Positions 32,663-44,046 are shown, counted from the first letter of the stretch. The stretch: DNA of 64,000 nt from an uncultured Armatimonadetes bacterium (GCA_963717145.1 OY970325.1:3264001-3328000); one strand, 5' to 3'. The notes: generated by a model from the sequence alone, not told the origin. A program made the numbers and translations.

Positions 32663-33448
32663 CTATTTCTCCTGCTTGGCGCGGTCCCAGACCGCGTCCA
32701 TCTCCTGAATACTTAGACTCTCGATCGACCTCCCATGTTCGCGGGCGGCTTCCTCGATCTTTCTGAATCGCCGGGAGAACCGCTCGATCATGACTCGGAG
32801 AGCGTCCTCGGGATCGGCGCCGGTCCAGCGGGCGACATTGACCACGGTGAAGAGCAGATCGCCGATCTCCTCGAAGATTCGGTCGCGATCGTCGGCTGAG
32901 AGTTCGACTTTCAGCTCTCCGACCTCTTCCTCCAGCTTCTCCACGACGGCATCGAGATTCGGCCATTCGAACCCGGCTTTGGCGGCCTTCTTCGAGATCT
33001 CCATCGCACGGGCGAGTGCCGGCATCGCTTTGGGGACGCCGTCGAGGATCGAGGTCCGCTTCTCGTTGCCCTTCTCACGGCGCTTGATCTCCTCCCAGTT
33101 GTGGAGTACTTCTTCCGAGTCGCAGACTTTCGTCTCGCCGAAGACATGAGGATGGCGGCGGATCAGCTTCTCGTTGATGCTTCGGAGCGAGTCCTCGATG
33201 GTGAAGTCACCGCGCTCTGAGGCGAATTGGGCGTGGAAGACGGCCTGCATCATGAGGTCGCCGAGTTCGGAGCGCAACTCGTCCATGTCGCGGCCGTCGA
33301 TGGCTTCGAGGACCTCGTAGGTCTCCTCGAGGAGGTTCGGCTTGATGGAATCGTGGGTCTGCTCGCGGTCCCACGGGCAGCCGTTCTCGGCCCTGAGGCG
33401 GGCGATGATGTCGACCAGTTTTTCGAACTCGGCACCAGTATCGGCCAT
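32663..33448 (-). CDS. mazG: Nucleoside triphosphate pyrophosphohydrolase MazG
   Basis: GCPWDREQTH, EETYE, ELGD, KLIRRHPHVF, EEIGDLLF. Confidence 0.95.
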   Translation of the reverse strand: MADTGAEFEKLVDIIARLRAENGCPWDREQTHDSIKPNLLEETYEVLEAIDGRDMDELRSELGDLMMQAVFHAQFASERGDFTIEDSLRSINEKLIRRHPHVFGETKVCDSEEVLHNWEEIKRREKGNEKRTSILDGVPKAMPALARAMEISKKAAKAGFEWPNLDAVVEKLEEEVGELKVELSADDRDRIFEEIGDLLFTVVNVARWTGADPEDALRVMIERFSRRFRKIEEAAREHGRSIESLSIQEMDAVWDRAKQEK

Positions 33449-33463
33449 TGTGATCAGTCCTGT

Positions 33464-33562
33464 GCCCAGGTCGGGAGGGCGAAGCTCCGTCTGAGCCGCG
33501 AGGGATGGCTGGATACAGACGCTATCCCGGCTCAGACGGAGCTTCGCCCTCCCGACCTGGGC
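33464..33562. repeat. Inverted-repeat element between and overlapping the methylase and MazG genes
   Basis: 35-bp arms GCCCAGGTCGGGAGGGCGAAGCTCCGTCTGAGCCG and reverse complement. Confidence 0.85.
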
Positions 33563-34206
33563 GGAACGTACACGCTACTCAGGTGGTCGAACTCGCCTCG
33601 ATCGAGTTCGAAGAGCGGAACGGTCCGCGCCTCCATGCAGTCCGTACCCGCTCCGGTGACAATCGTGACCTCGAACTCGTCGGGGAAGTCCTCCATGAGC
33701 GAGAGCTTGACCTCAGATGCGATCGACCGATCATAGACCTGGTAGATCAGGGTCGGCGCATCAGGGTCGGGGCGGACCTCGCCCAGCGAGAGGGCATCGA
33801 TGATCTTGAGGCCAACGTCGAACCCGACGCCGACCGCTTCGAGCACCGGTTCGATGAAGCTCTCCGATCCGATGATCCGGACTTCGATCCCTCGCTCTCG
33901 GGCGCCGGCGATCAGGATACCCACCGACCGCTCCCCGACCAGAGGATGGCCCGGAACGGCGTACATGACGTCGCTGTCGGCGGCCTCGTCGAGCAGGCGG
34001 GCGGCGATCCCCTCGTACACTTCGTCGAAGCTCTCGGCGCTCTCATAGAGGCCGTCGAACGATATGAGTTTCACACCGCTCAGTTCGTCGACGACCGGAT
34101 GCCTGGCAGTACGCACAAAAACAGTGGGTGCGGAAAGGAGAAGCTCCCACGCACCCACTGATGTTTGCTCGCGATTCGAGGGGCCGAGGCCGACGATGGT
34201 GATCAC
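33532..34206 (-). CDS. YabN-type tetrapyrrole methylase-like N-terminal domain
   Basis: ITIVGLGP, RTARHP, YAVPGHPLVGE, SEVKLSLME, LFELDR...DHLSSVYVPP. Confidence 0.88.
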   Translation of the reverse strand: MITIVGLGPSNREQTSVGAWELLLSAPTVFVRTARHPVVDELSGVKLISFDGLYESAESFDEVYEGIAARLLDEAADSDVMYAVPGHPLVGERSVGILIAGARERGIEVRIIGSESFIEPVLEAVGVGFDVGLKIIDALSLGEVRPDPDAPTLIYQVYDRSIASEVKLSLMEDFPDEFEVTIVTGAGTDCMEARTVPLFELDRGEFDHLSSVYVPPRSGGRSSV

Positions 34207-34258
34207 CAGGCCGGCCTCGGAGTCCGTATACTCATCTGTTTTGCGAAACGGCCTCTCA

Positions 34259-35252
34259 CTACTTCTTGCCCGGTGCGGTCGGGGCCTTCGTAGGGCCCTT
34301 GTATCCGGGAGTACCGGGGGCCGGGTTCTTCGGCGTCAACTCGTCTTTGTAACGGTCGATCATGATCTGGATGTCGGCGGTCTCTCGGAACTTGTTGAGA
34401 TCGGCGTCAACATCCCACTTCTTCGCGCCCTGCTCCCGCATCATGCCTTCCAGGAGAAGGAACTTGACTTCAGCGAACTTCTGCACCTTCGACGGGTTGT
34501 GGCGCACGACCTTGAATATCGCGTAACCGGTCTGATCGGCGATCGGCTGAGTGTACTCGCCCTTTCTGGTGGCGAGGACTGTCTTCCACACCTTGAGTGG
34601 AAGCTGCGGGTCATTGGCATAGATCGGTCGGCCAAGCCGTCCGCCGGTGGCCTTCGAACCCTCGTCCGAAGAGCTGCCTGGCCACTGTGCTGAAGTCGAC
34701 GCCCTGCTTCAGCAACTGCATGGCCTTGGTGGCATCTGCTTGCTTCTCGCAGAAGATAGCGGCAACATCGGCATTCTCAGGGACAGTGAACTGGGTATCC
34801 CGATACTGATCGTAGTACGCCTTCACATCTTTCTCGGGGATATTGATTCCTCGAGTGAGAAGGTTGAAGTGAGCCTGCAGAATGCGAACCAGATCCTTGG
34901 CCTGGTCTTTGGTGAGCCCAGCCTGCTTGATCCTGGCTTGGAACTGAGGCTGCTTCTGCATCTGCGCATATCTCTCGTTGACCTGCGCGTCGGTCGGCGG
35001 GCACTTTTCCTTCTCCGCCAATCTCAGGAGCAACTCCTCGTTGATCAGGTCTCGCATGACTATGATGCCCGCCTCGACCTGTGACTCCTGGGAACCCATC
35101 GGCATGCGCTCAAGCCTGTTATAATACTCCTGACGGCTGATCTTGCGGCCGTTCACCTTCGCAACGGTGTTCTTGCCACAACCCGTCAGGAAGATAGCAA
35201 CCATGGCCGCCCCCAGGACCAGCACTAAGGCCCTCTTGCCTGCACTACTCAT
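34259..35252 (-). CDS. PrsA/SurA-like peptidyl-prolyl isomerase lipoprotein; frameshift near 34670
   Basis: Lipobox LTGC; VAKVNGRKIS; GVDFSTVARQ then SDEGSKATGG in the next frame; GYAIFKV. Confidence 0.85.
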
Positions 35253-35293
35253 ACTCGTGTGATCTCCTCTCGGTATTCGGATACTTTCGACTC

Positions 35294-36085
35294 TTAGTGA
35301 AACAACACAACGTCACAGGCCAAGTGCCCGCGCAATCTCAGGACTGCCTGTGTGTGCAATTGGTAGACCCTTGATTCGGAAACGGAAAGGACTTTCCCTA
35401 TTTCCTTGAACGTCAGACCCTCGTAGTAGTACAGAGCGATTACCAGGCGCTCCCGTTCCGGCAGGCGGTCTATCGCCGTGCCCAGGATCCGGCGCATTTC
35501 CTTGCCTTCGATCTCGGACGAAGGACCGGCGGACTCGTCATTGATCACGTCGGCAAGATGTATTCGCTCATTGCCGTCGGACCCGACGATCACATCGTCG
35601 AGCGACATCAGGGTCGCCCGACCGGTATCCGCGAGAAGGGAGTGAAGCTCATCGAGGTCGATCTCCAAGGCTGCTGCAACTTCCTCCTCGGTAGCCGGCC
35701 TGCCGATCTCCATCTCCAGACGCAGATAGGTCCGCTCGAGATTCTTCACTCGCTCTCGGACAGACCTCGGCACCCAGTCTTCTTCTCGAAGCATTTCGAG
35801 GATGGCGCCACGGATCAGGGCGATAGCGTAGGTCTCGAACTTGACCAGGCGCGTAACATCGAACTGATCCACAGCCTTGATGAGCCCGACTACCCCTGCG
35901 CTGACCAGGTCATCCCGGTCAACGTTCGGGGGGAGGCTCGTCACAACACGCCCAGCGGTGATCTTGACCAGGTAGGCGTACCGGGTGATCAGAGCATCTC
36001 GCGCGTGTTGGTCCCCATCGCCCTTGTACCGCTTCCAGAGGAGCTGAGGATCCGCGACTATTCTGTTATCATCTTTATTACGCAT
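35294..36085 (-). CDS. FliA/WhiG-family (sigma28) RNA polymerase sigma factor
   Basis: DDLVSAGVVGLIKAVDQFD, KFETYA, DWVPRSVR, LYYYEGLTFKEIGKVLSVSESRVYQLHTQA. Confidence 0.92.
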   Translation of the reverse strand: MRNKDDNRIVADPQLLWKRYKGDGDQHARDALITRYAYLVKITAGRVVTSLPPNVDRDDLVSAGVVGLIKAVDQFDVTRLVKFETYAIALIRGAILEMLREEDWVPRSVRERVKNLERTYLRLEMEIGRPATEEEVAAALEIDLDELHSLLADTGRATLMSLDDVIVGSDGNERIHLADVINDESAGPSSEIEGKEMRRILGTAIDRLPERERLVIALYYYEGLTFKEIGKVLSVSESRVYQLHTQAVLRLRGHLACDVVLFH

Positions 36086-36217
36086 GGGATAGGGCCGCGG
36101 GTTCCTGGACTGACCGGCTCGGGTTGAAATATTTATTCGCCCGTATCGGCAATTGTGTGAGGAACGACTCCGACGCGACAACACACGTCGCCATGCCGCC
36201 TCCCCACGCCACGGCCA

Positions 36218-36247
36218 ATTGTATACCGAGAACCGACAGTATGTCAA
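36218..36247 (-). promoter_or_regulatory. Sigma70-type promoter of the sigma28 gene
   Basis: TTGACA-18bp-TACAAT. Confidence 0.6.
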
Positions 36248-36286
36248 CCGAATAATACGCGACCCGGACTGCGGACTGCACAAGCC

Positions 36287-36444
36287 GTTGGGGCAGGAGT
36301 TCAACTCCTGCCCCAACCATGAGTCGTGTCGTTGGGGTAGGAGTTAAACTCCCGCCCCAACTATGAGTCGTTTGTTGGGGTAGGAGTTAAACTCCCGCCC
36401 CAACTATGAGTCGTTTGTTGGGGCAGGAGTTGGACTCCTGCCCC
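36287..36444. repeat. Tandem cluster of four palindromic REP-like units
   Basis: GTTGGGG(C/T)AGGAGTTnnACTCC(C/T)GCCCC(AAC) units start at 36287, 36331, 36374 and 36417; near-identical ATGAGTCGT linkers. Confidence 0.85.
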
Positions 36445-36478
36445 GGCTCAGGCACACGGACCCAGTGCCTGCGGCTTC

Positions 36479-37991
36479 TCACGCCGCAGGGCGAATCTCA
36501 TCCCTGAAGGCGGTCACGGGCTGCTCCCGGTGCATCTTCATCGCCTCGTGGTAGAAGTCCACATACCTCGACGCCTGAGCGCACCACGAGTAGTCACCGG
36601 CCAGCGCCGTCTCGATCAGCCGCTTCCATTCCTTCTTGTCGCCGTATGTCTCGACCGCGCGCTTGACGGTTTTCATGAGGGCCGAGGAAGTGTAGTCCTC
36701 GAAGACGAAGCCGTTCGACGACGGGTCGTCCGCCGAATAGTCCACGATGGTATCCGCCAGGCCACCGGTCTTGCGGACGATCGGGATGGTCCCGTATCGC
36801 AGGCTGATCAACTGGCCGAGCCCGCACGGTTCGAATCTCGACGGCATGAGGAACATATCGCTCCCGGCATAGATCTGCTGGGCCAGCCTCATGTCGAAAC
36901 CGATGTTGGCCCTCACCTGCTCGGGATGCTTGCGCTGGAGATCGGTGAAGAACTTCTCGTACTTCTGATCGCCGGTGCCCAGAACGACGATCTGGACGCC
37001 GAGCTTCATCATCCCCAGGGCAGAACGATGGATCAGGTCGAGGCCCTTCTGGTCCGCGAGGCGGGAGACCATGCCGATGACCGGGACCTTTGCGTCCACC
37101 GGAAGACCCATCGCCCTCTGGAGCGCGTTCTTGTTTCGTGCCTTGCCGCGGAAAATTTCCGTGGCTGTACTTGCAGGAGATGCGCGAATCACAGGCGGGG
37201 TCGAATTCCTCGTAGTCGATGCCGTTAAGTATCCCCCTGAGGCGGCCGAGATCATTCAGATAGCAGAGCAGCCCCTGCAGCCGGCAGCCGTACTCGTCGG
37301 TCTGAACCTCGCAGGCGTAGGTCGGGCTGACCGTGCTGACCGCATCGGAAAAGACGATCCCCGCCTTGAGGAAGTTGACGCGCCCATAGCACTCGAGCTT
37401 GTCCATGGTGTAGAGCCAGCCAGGGAGGCCGACCTCATCGAGGACCGAGTAGTCGAACTCGCCCTGGTAGGCCAGGTTGTGGATCGTGAACACGCTTGCG
37501 GCACGGGAGAGCGCCTCGTCGTGCGTGTAGAGCGCGCTCTTGTAGACCGGGAGCATGCCGGTGTGCCAGTCGTTGCAGTGGATGACATCCGGCTTCCAGG
37601 CAGGCTTCATGGCGCAGAGCATCTCCAGGACCGCCCTGGAGAAGAAGGCATACGGTTCGCTTCCCGGCATGTACACCGACTTCGAGTCGATACAGCCATC
37701 GAAATACGGCCCGCAGACGAGGTAGACCGGGACATCGCCGAGCGCGGTCTGCTTGACGGCGCCGGTCACCATCTTCCCACCCAGCGGAACTTGGAGGTCT
37801 TTGATCGTGGTCTTGACCCTGCAGTTCGGGTTATCCTCGATCATCTTGTAGCCGGGCATGACGATGCGCACATCGTGGCCCATTGCGGTGAGCGCCTTGG
37901 GGAGCGCTCCGGCGACGTCGGCGAGGCCGCCGACCTTGGCGAGCGGAGACACCTCCGCCGATACAAACAGAACTCTCAGCGTCTTCGGCAC
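36479..37991 (-). CDS. glgA: Glycogen synthase; frameshift near 37160
   Basis: KVGGLADV, HCNDWH, TIHNLAYQG, GILNGID, SRLADQKG, MPSRFEPCGL. Confidence 0.95.
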
Positions 37992-38050
37992 GTTTGTCCC
38001 TTTCTCAACAGGGGTCAGGGGCTAACACCCACACTCCCATACTCCGCCCC

Positions 38051-38416
38051 CTATTCCTTACTCAGTATCTGTATTGTCTTGAAAAGCTTGCGGCGGTTCA
38101 GCGGCTTGAGGATGAAGTCCTTGGCGCCCGCACTGATGGCCTCCATCGCGAGCGCTCGCTGGCCGTTTCCCGCGCAGATCAGGATCGCAGCGTTCGGATC
38201 CGTGTAGAGGATCCGGCGAACTGCGGCCGCGCCGTCGATATCCGGCAGTGCGGCGTCCATCACCACGATGTCGGGCCTCATCTTCTCGTACTTCTCGAGC
38301 GATTCCTGGACGGTCTTGGCCTCGCCGACCACCTGGCAGCCGATCGACGCCAACACGTCCCGGAGCGTCATCCTGTCTCCGAAACCGCCACTGACAATGA
38401 GAGTCCTTCTAGCCAT
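38051..38416 (-). CDS. Single-domain CheY-like response regulator (degenerate N-terminal acidic pocket)
   Basis: VVGEA, PDIVVMD, GAKDFILKP. Confidence 0.85.
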   Translation of the reverse strand: MARRTLIVSGGFGDRMTLRDVLASIGCQVVGEAKTVQESLEKYEKMRPDIVVMDAALPDIDGAAAVRRILYTDPNAAILICAGNGQRALAMEAISAGAKDFILKPLNRRKLFKTIQILSKE

Positions 38417-38679
38417 GATGCTAACCTCGATTCGATGCTGGCGCTATATCTTGGAATCGCCGGCGACCACAACGGATAGTAGCGGCGTCGGAAGTTCGTT
38501 CGTGATCGCCGGCGAAAATGTAAGACTGGCGCCAACCCTTCTATTCGATTATCGGCATAACCCGATTTTTCTGCATGGTTCCGCGAGGATGACGGCATCA
38601 TGTAGTTGTGCGATAACAATGAAACATCTCTCGGCCTCATGGGGTATAATATGATGATACAGAATGCGGGAGGTCGAGA

Positions 38680-39777
38680 ATGATGTCAGCGCGGATGCTC
38701 TTGCGGTTAGTGCTGGTGCTGTGCACGGCACTGTCAGTCTGTGTGCGTGTCAACGGTACTGAGGAGGAGACCTATGCGCTGCACTCGCCGAGCATATCAC
38801 CCGACGGCAAAACGATCGTCTTCGTGTCTGATCACAGGAACGGCAATCCCGATGTGTACCGCATCGGCATCGACGGAAAGGGCCTGAAGCGGCTTACGGA
38901 TGGGAAGGCGTGGTACTCGGATCCGGCATGGTCACCTGATGGTCGAACGATAGCATGCACCAAAGGTGACTACCCGAAGGAATCCGTCATGTTGATGGGA
39001 AGTGACGGCGGAAAGCCCCGGACCTTCACCAAGGGGAAGTACGATGAGGCCGAGCCTGCGTGGATGCCTGATGGAACCAAGCTGATCGTCACTACCTCAC
39101 GAAACGGCAATGCCGACTTGATACTGATCACGAGCAGTGGCGGAGAGGAACGCTGTGTCGCAGCCACCAAGGAGGCGGAGGTCAATCCCAACTGCTCGCG
39201 TGACGGGCAGTGGGTCGTATACGAGATACCGGATTTCAGCGTGGGCACTAGTGGTGACAAGTATCAGATACACATTTGGAAGAAGTCGCTGACCCAGGCC
39301 CATGCGCAACCAATCCAGCTCACGTCCGGGTTTCACGCCGATTCCGCTCCACGCTTCTCGCCTGATGGCACCAAGATCTGCTTTGCGCGCAGCCGGGATG
39401 TTGATGGAATCTGGATAGTGAACGCAGATGGTACGAACCCACAGCGCGTACCCATCGAAGCATTCGGGGCATACGATCCCAACTGGTCGCCGGACGGACA
39501 GAAGATAGTGTTCGTCCGCGAGACCGCAAATCCCGGCACTGAGACCACCCGAAAGGAGATCTACATCGTCAATCTGGACGGGACGGGTCTGACCCAGATC
39601 AGCAATATCTACCCTCTGTTCCAGGCGGCGAGCATCAATGAGACCGAGCCTTCGGTCGCGTCATGTGCCGTGGGTAGTAGGCCCCACGGCGGTCGGAACA
39701 GAGCCATTGCAGGCGGAGGGATCGGCATCGGCCTGGCCGCCATTGTAGCGAAGATGTTGCTCGTGAAACGAGGATGA
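38680..39777 (+). CDS. TolB-like PD40-repeat beta-propeller protein with signal peptide and C-terminal hydrophobic tail
   Basis: SPDGKTIVF, PAWSPDG, PRFSPDG, PNWSPDG repeats. Confidence 0.88.
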   Translation: MMSARMLLRLVLVLCTALSVCVRVNGTEEETYALHSPSISPDGKTIVFVSDHRNGNPDVYRIGIDGKGLKRLTDGKAWYSDPAWSPDGRTIACTKGDYPKESVMLMGSDGGKPRTFTKGKYDEAEPAWMPDGTKLIVTTSRNGNADLILITSSGGEERCVAATKEAEVNPNCSRDGQWVVYEIPDFSVGTSGDKYQIHIWKKSLTQAHAQPIQLTSGFHADSAPRFSPDGTKICFARSRDVDGIWIVNADGTNPQRVPIEAFGAYDPNWSPDGQKIVFVRETANPGTETTRKEIYIVNLDGTGLTQISNIYPLFQAASINETEPSVASCAVGSRPHGGRNRAIAGGGIGIGLAAIVAKMLLVKRG

Positions 39778-39811
39778 CATCGCCCTGAGACACGAACAGC
39801 GGGGAATGCAG

Positions 39812-39841
39812 AAAGGGACGCCCGGGCTGGGCGTCCCTTTT
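39812..39841. terminator. Bidirectional terminator between the TolB-like gene and rplA
   Basis: AAAGGGACGCCC-GGGCT-GGGCGTCCCTTTT. Confidence 0.8.
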
Positions 39842-39866
39842 GCGTATCGTATGTTGAAGTAGCGGG

Positions 39867-40571
39867 TTACTTCTCGGCGATGGCCTGGGCTTTCGCCACA
39901 TCGAGGTCGAGGCCGGGGCCCATCGTGGATGAGACGGTGATCCGCTTCAGATATCGTCCCTTGGCCGCAGTGGGGCGGGCCTTGATGAGCGCGGTGAGCA
40001 GAGCTGCCAGGTTCTCGACCAGCTTCTCGGTCTCGAAGGAGACTTTGCCGATCGCCATGTGGATCGTTCCGGCTTTGTCTACCCTGTACTCCGCGCGCGC
40101 TGCGCTCTTGATGTCCTTGATGACCCGCTCGACATCCATGGTGACCGTGCCGGACTTCGGGTTCGGCATCCTCGGGCCGAGGAGCTTACCCAGCTTCCCG
40201 ACCATGCTCATCACGTCGGGGGTCGCGACCAGGATGTCGAACTCGCGCCATCCGCCCTCGATCTGCTTCACTAGGTCCTCCGCGCCGACGACATCCGCGC
40301 CGGCATCGGTGGCCGCCTGGGCCTTGTCACCCTTGGCGAAGACCGCCACGCGGCGGACCTTGCCGGTTCCATGCGGCAGGGTCGTCGTGCCACGGACCAT
40401 CTGGTCGCCGTGACGGGGGTCAACGCCGAGCCGAACTGCGACATCGACGGTCTCGTCGAACTTCGCGTTGGCAAGCTCCTTGACGGTGGCGAGAGCTTCC
40501 TGCGGCTCCCATGACTTTCCCTTTTCCACCTTACCGGCTAACTCGTTGAATCTCTTACCATGATCTGTCAT
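39867..40571 (-). CDS. rplA: 50S ribosomal protein L1
   Basis: AKFDETVD, LGVDPRH.DQMVRG, LPHGTGK, MPNPKSGTVT, SSTMGPG. Confidence 0.98.
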   Translation of the reverse strand: MTDHGKRFNELAGKVEKGKSWEPQEALATVKELANAKFDETVDVAVRLGVDPRHGDQMVRGTTTLPHGTGKVRRVAVFAKGDKAQAATDAGADVVGAEDLVKQIEGGWREFDILVATPDVMSMVGKLGKLLGPRMPNPKSGTVTMDVERVIKDIKSAARAEYRVDKAGTIHMAIGKVSFETEKLVENLAALLTALIKARPTAAKGRYLKRITVSSTMGPGLDLDVAKAQAIAEK

Positions 40572-40585
40572 TGCGATTCCTCCTT

Positions 40586-40621
40586 GTGGTTTCTTTGCGG
40601 TCCGATAGACAGACCTCCCAC
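40586..40621 (-). promoter_or_regulatory. Putative L1-binding autoregulatory leader upstream of rplA
   Basis: GUGGGAGG...GCAAAGAAACCAC directly before the AAGGAGG RBS, resembling the Firmicutes rplA leader. Confidence 0.6.
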
Positions 40622-40664
40622 GCTACCAAACACTGGCCGGCACTGAGGCACGGCCACTACGGGA

Positions 40665-40731
40665 TGTCATTCTGAGCGAAGCGAAGAATCCGGCGGCGGG
40701 AGCCAGATTCTTCGCTTCGCTCAGGATGACA
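40665..40731. repeat. Inverted-repeat element (TGTCATTCTGAGCGAAGCGAAGAATC type)
   Basis: Near-perfect inverted arms between rplK and rplA. Confidence 0.8.
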
Positions 40732-40741
40732 GAAACATAGG

Positions 40742-41167
40742 CTAGGCCTCGATCTCGATTCCGGCCGATCGGGCCGTACCCGCGATGATCTTCATTGCCG
40801 CCTCGACATCGTTCGCATTGAGGTCGGGCATCTTCAGTTCGGCGATCTCCCGAAGCTTGGCCTGGGAAACCTTGCCGACCTTCTCGCGGTTGGGCACGCC
40901 GGAACCCTTGGGGATGCCCGCGGCCTTCTTGAGCAGCTCGGATGCGGGCGGAGTCTTCAGGACGTAGGTGAACGAGCGGTCTTCGAAGACGGTGATCTCG
41001 ACCGGGACGATCGTGCCCATCTGAGGCGCGGTCTTCTCGTTGTACGACTTGATGAACTCCATCATGTTGATGCCATATTGGCCCAGTGCAGGACCAACAG
41101 GTGGTGCCGGCGTGGCTTGCCCCGCAGCGATCTGGAGCTTAACCACTCCCATTACTTTCTTAGCCAT
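40742..41167 (-). CDS. rplK: 50S ribosomal protein L11
   Basis: [34 protein letters not shown]. Confidence 0.98.
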   Translation of the reverse strand: MAKKVMGVVKLQIAAGQATPAPPVGPALGQYGINMMEFIKSYNEKTAPQMGTIVPVEITVFEDRSFTYVLKTPPASELLKKAAGIPKGSGVPNREKVGKVSQAKLREIAELKMPDLNANDVEAAMKIIAGTARSAGIEIEA

Positions 41168-41217
41168 TCTGAATCCTCCATCGACGTTATCGTCGCTCTA
41201 CGCGTTCCCGAAAACAC

Positions 41218-41326
41218 GTTGGGGATGGAGTTGGACTCCATCCCCCGAAGTTCACAGGGGATGGAGTCCAACTCCATCCCCAACGTGTTTTCGGGGTCCG
41301 GGCGACCGTGGAAGGATCGCCCCTAC
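41218..41326. repeat. REP-like palindrome pair plus a GTAG-type REP
   Basis: GGGGATGGAGTTGGACTCCATCCCC twice in inverted orientation, then GGGCGACCGTGGAAGGATCGCCCCTAC. Confidence 0.8.
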
Positions 41327-41335
41327 AGGTGCAAA

Positions 41336-41860
41336 CTATATCTTCTCGACCTGGGTGAAGTCGAGTTCGACCGGGGTATCTCTTCCAAAGATCGAGATGA
41401 GCACCCGAAGCTTTTCCTTCTGGATGTTGACGTCCTCGATCGTCCCGGTGAACTCGGCGAACGGGCCGGACATGACGCGCACGACCTGACTCTTCTCCCA
41501 GAGCACTCTCGGCTTCTGGCGAGGGCCTTCGACGGCCTCCAGGATGTTGGCGACTTCCTTGTCCTGCAGCGGCACGGGCTTGTTGCCCGAACTGACGAAT
41601 CCGGTGACACCCGTCGTGCTCTTCACCAGGTACCAGGTCTGGTCATCGAGCACCATCTCGATGAGAACGTAGCCGGGGAAGATCTTCCGGGCGACTTCCC
41701 GCTTTTTCCCGGCGCGCGTCCGCAACTCCTGCTCCGTGGGGATCAGTATCCTGAAGACGCGATCCTTCAGACCCATCGATTCCGCACGGCGCTCGATGTT
41801 CGTCTTTACCTTGTTTTCATGCCCTGAGTACGTGTGTACTGCGTACCAGTGCCTTTCCAT
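41336..41860 (-). CDS. nusG: Transcription termination/antitermination factor NusG
   Basis: WYAVHTYSGHENKVK, FPGYVL, GPFAEF, IFGRDTPVEL. Confidence 0.98.
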   Translation of the reverse strand: MERHWYAVHTYSGHENKVKTNIERRAESMGLKDRVFRILIPTEQELRTRAGKKREVARKIFPGYVLIEMVLDDQTWYLVKSTTGVTGFVSSGNKPVPLQDKEVANILEAVEGPRQKPRVLWEKSQVVRVMSGPFAEFTGTIEDVNIQKEKLRVLISIFGRDTPVELDFTQVEKI

Positions 41861-41910
41861 AATCAGCCTCACGATGTCGGCAGATGCGACCGTATTGTGC
41901 AGAGCGTTGG

Positions 41911-42126
41911 CTACCAGCCGAACTTGGCGGTTGCCCAACCGAGAAAATAGTCCAGTCCGCCGATCCAGGCGGCGACCACCAGGACGGCGGCAAGCACCAC
42001 CATAGTCGATTTCCTGACCTCGTCATAGGAGGGCCAGGAGGTCTTCTTCAGCTCTACCCAAACTTCGCGGAAGAATTTGATTACTCGCAGAAAGAATCCT
42101 TCGTTCTTGTTGGCGATAGTTGCCAT
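41911..42126 (-). CDS. secE: Preprotein translocase subunit SecE
   Basis: FFREVWVELKKTSWP followed by a TM helix; position upstream of nusG. Confidence 0.95.
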   Translation of the reverse strand: MATIANKNEGFFLRVIKFFREVWVELKKTSWPSYDEVRKSTMVVLAAVLVVAAWIGGLDYFLGWATAKFGW

Positions 42127-42233
42127 TCTAATCATACCCCCCGGCGGTTCGCTCGGACGAACCACAAAAATGCTCCTCTGCACTGCCGCAAGGTCCGGCG
42201 CAGGGAGCTTCCTCTAGTCCTGTATTGATGAGT

Positions 42234-42309
42234 TGGCAGGGGCAACAGGGCTCGAACCTGCGACACCCGGTTTTGGAGACCGGTGCTCTACCAACTGAGC
42301 TATGCCCCT
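42234..42309 (-). tRNA. tRNA-Trp (CCA)
   Basis: AGGGGCATAGCTCAGTTGGTAGAGC...CTCCAAA...GGTTCGAGCCC...GCCA. Confidence 0.97.
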
Positions 42310-42374
42310 CCGTATTCCGCATAGATGTTACCACATCGGACTGAGATTGTAAAGCGCGAGCCTCGGAGGCCCTG

Positions 42375-42438
42375 TAGTGGCCGCGCCTCAGTGCCGGCCT
42401 CGGACGCGGAATGGCCGGCACTGCGGCACGGCCACTAC
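42375..42438. repeat. GTAG-type REP inverted pair; further copies at ~31586, 40634, 60039 and 60077
   Basis: GTAGTGGCCG(T/C)GCCTC(A/C)GTGCCGGCC consensus. Confidence 0.85.
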
Positions 42439-42447
42439 AACATGCCC

Positions 42448-42609
42448 CTACTTCGCCTCGCGGTGTACGCTGTGCTTGCGGCACTTCTTGCAGAACTTCT
42501 TCAGCTCGATGCGGTCAGGATCGCTCCGTTTATTCTTTGTTGTCGCGTAATTCCTCGACTTGCAGTCCTGGCAAGCCAAGGTGATCACAACTCTGGCGTC
42601 TGTTGCCAT
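42448..42609 (-). CDS. rpmG: 50S ribosomal protein L33, zinc-binding form (absent from the ORF track)
   Basis: Manual translation [53 protein letters not shown]. Confidence 0.97.
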   Translation of the reverse strand: MATDARVVITLACQDCKSRNYATTKNKRSDPDRIELKKFCKKCRKHSVHREAK

Positions 42610-42731
42610 GTACGGTCAAACCTTCCTAAGATCGCCCCCGATGTTGGGGACGAAAAGACATGCAGCCCGGAGCCATGACGGGCATGAAGCCCCAGGCTAC
42701 ATATCTTCATTTCCTTGTGTACTGACTTACC

Positions 42732-43946
<1,215 letters not shown>

Positions 43947-44046
43947 CTCTTATCGCCTCCCAATGATCAGCGTAGTATCGAGAGCTCAGAAGTCCGGAGC
44001 ACGCTCGACTCGCTGCCTCCGAATCTACCGCTCTGACTATACTAAA

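Noticed and set aside
36287-36444. CRISPR array
   Set aside because: Spacers are 12-13 bp and nearly identical, the unit is dispersed elsewhere as a REP, and there are no cas genes
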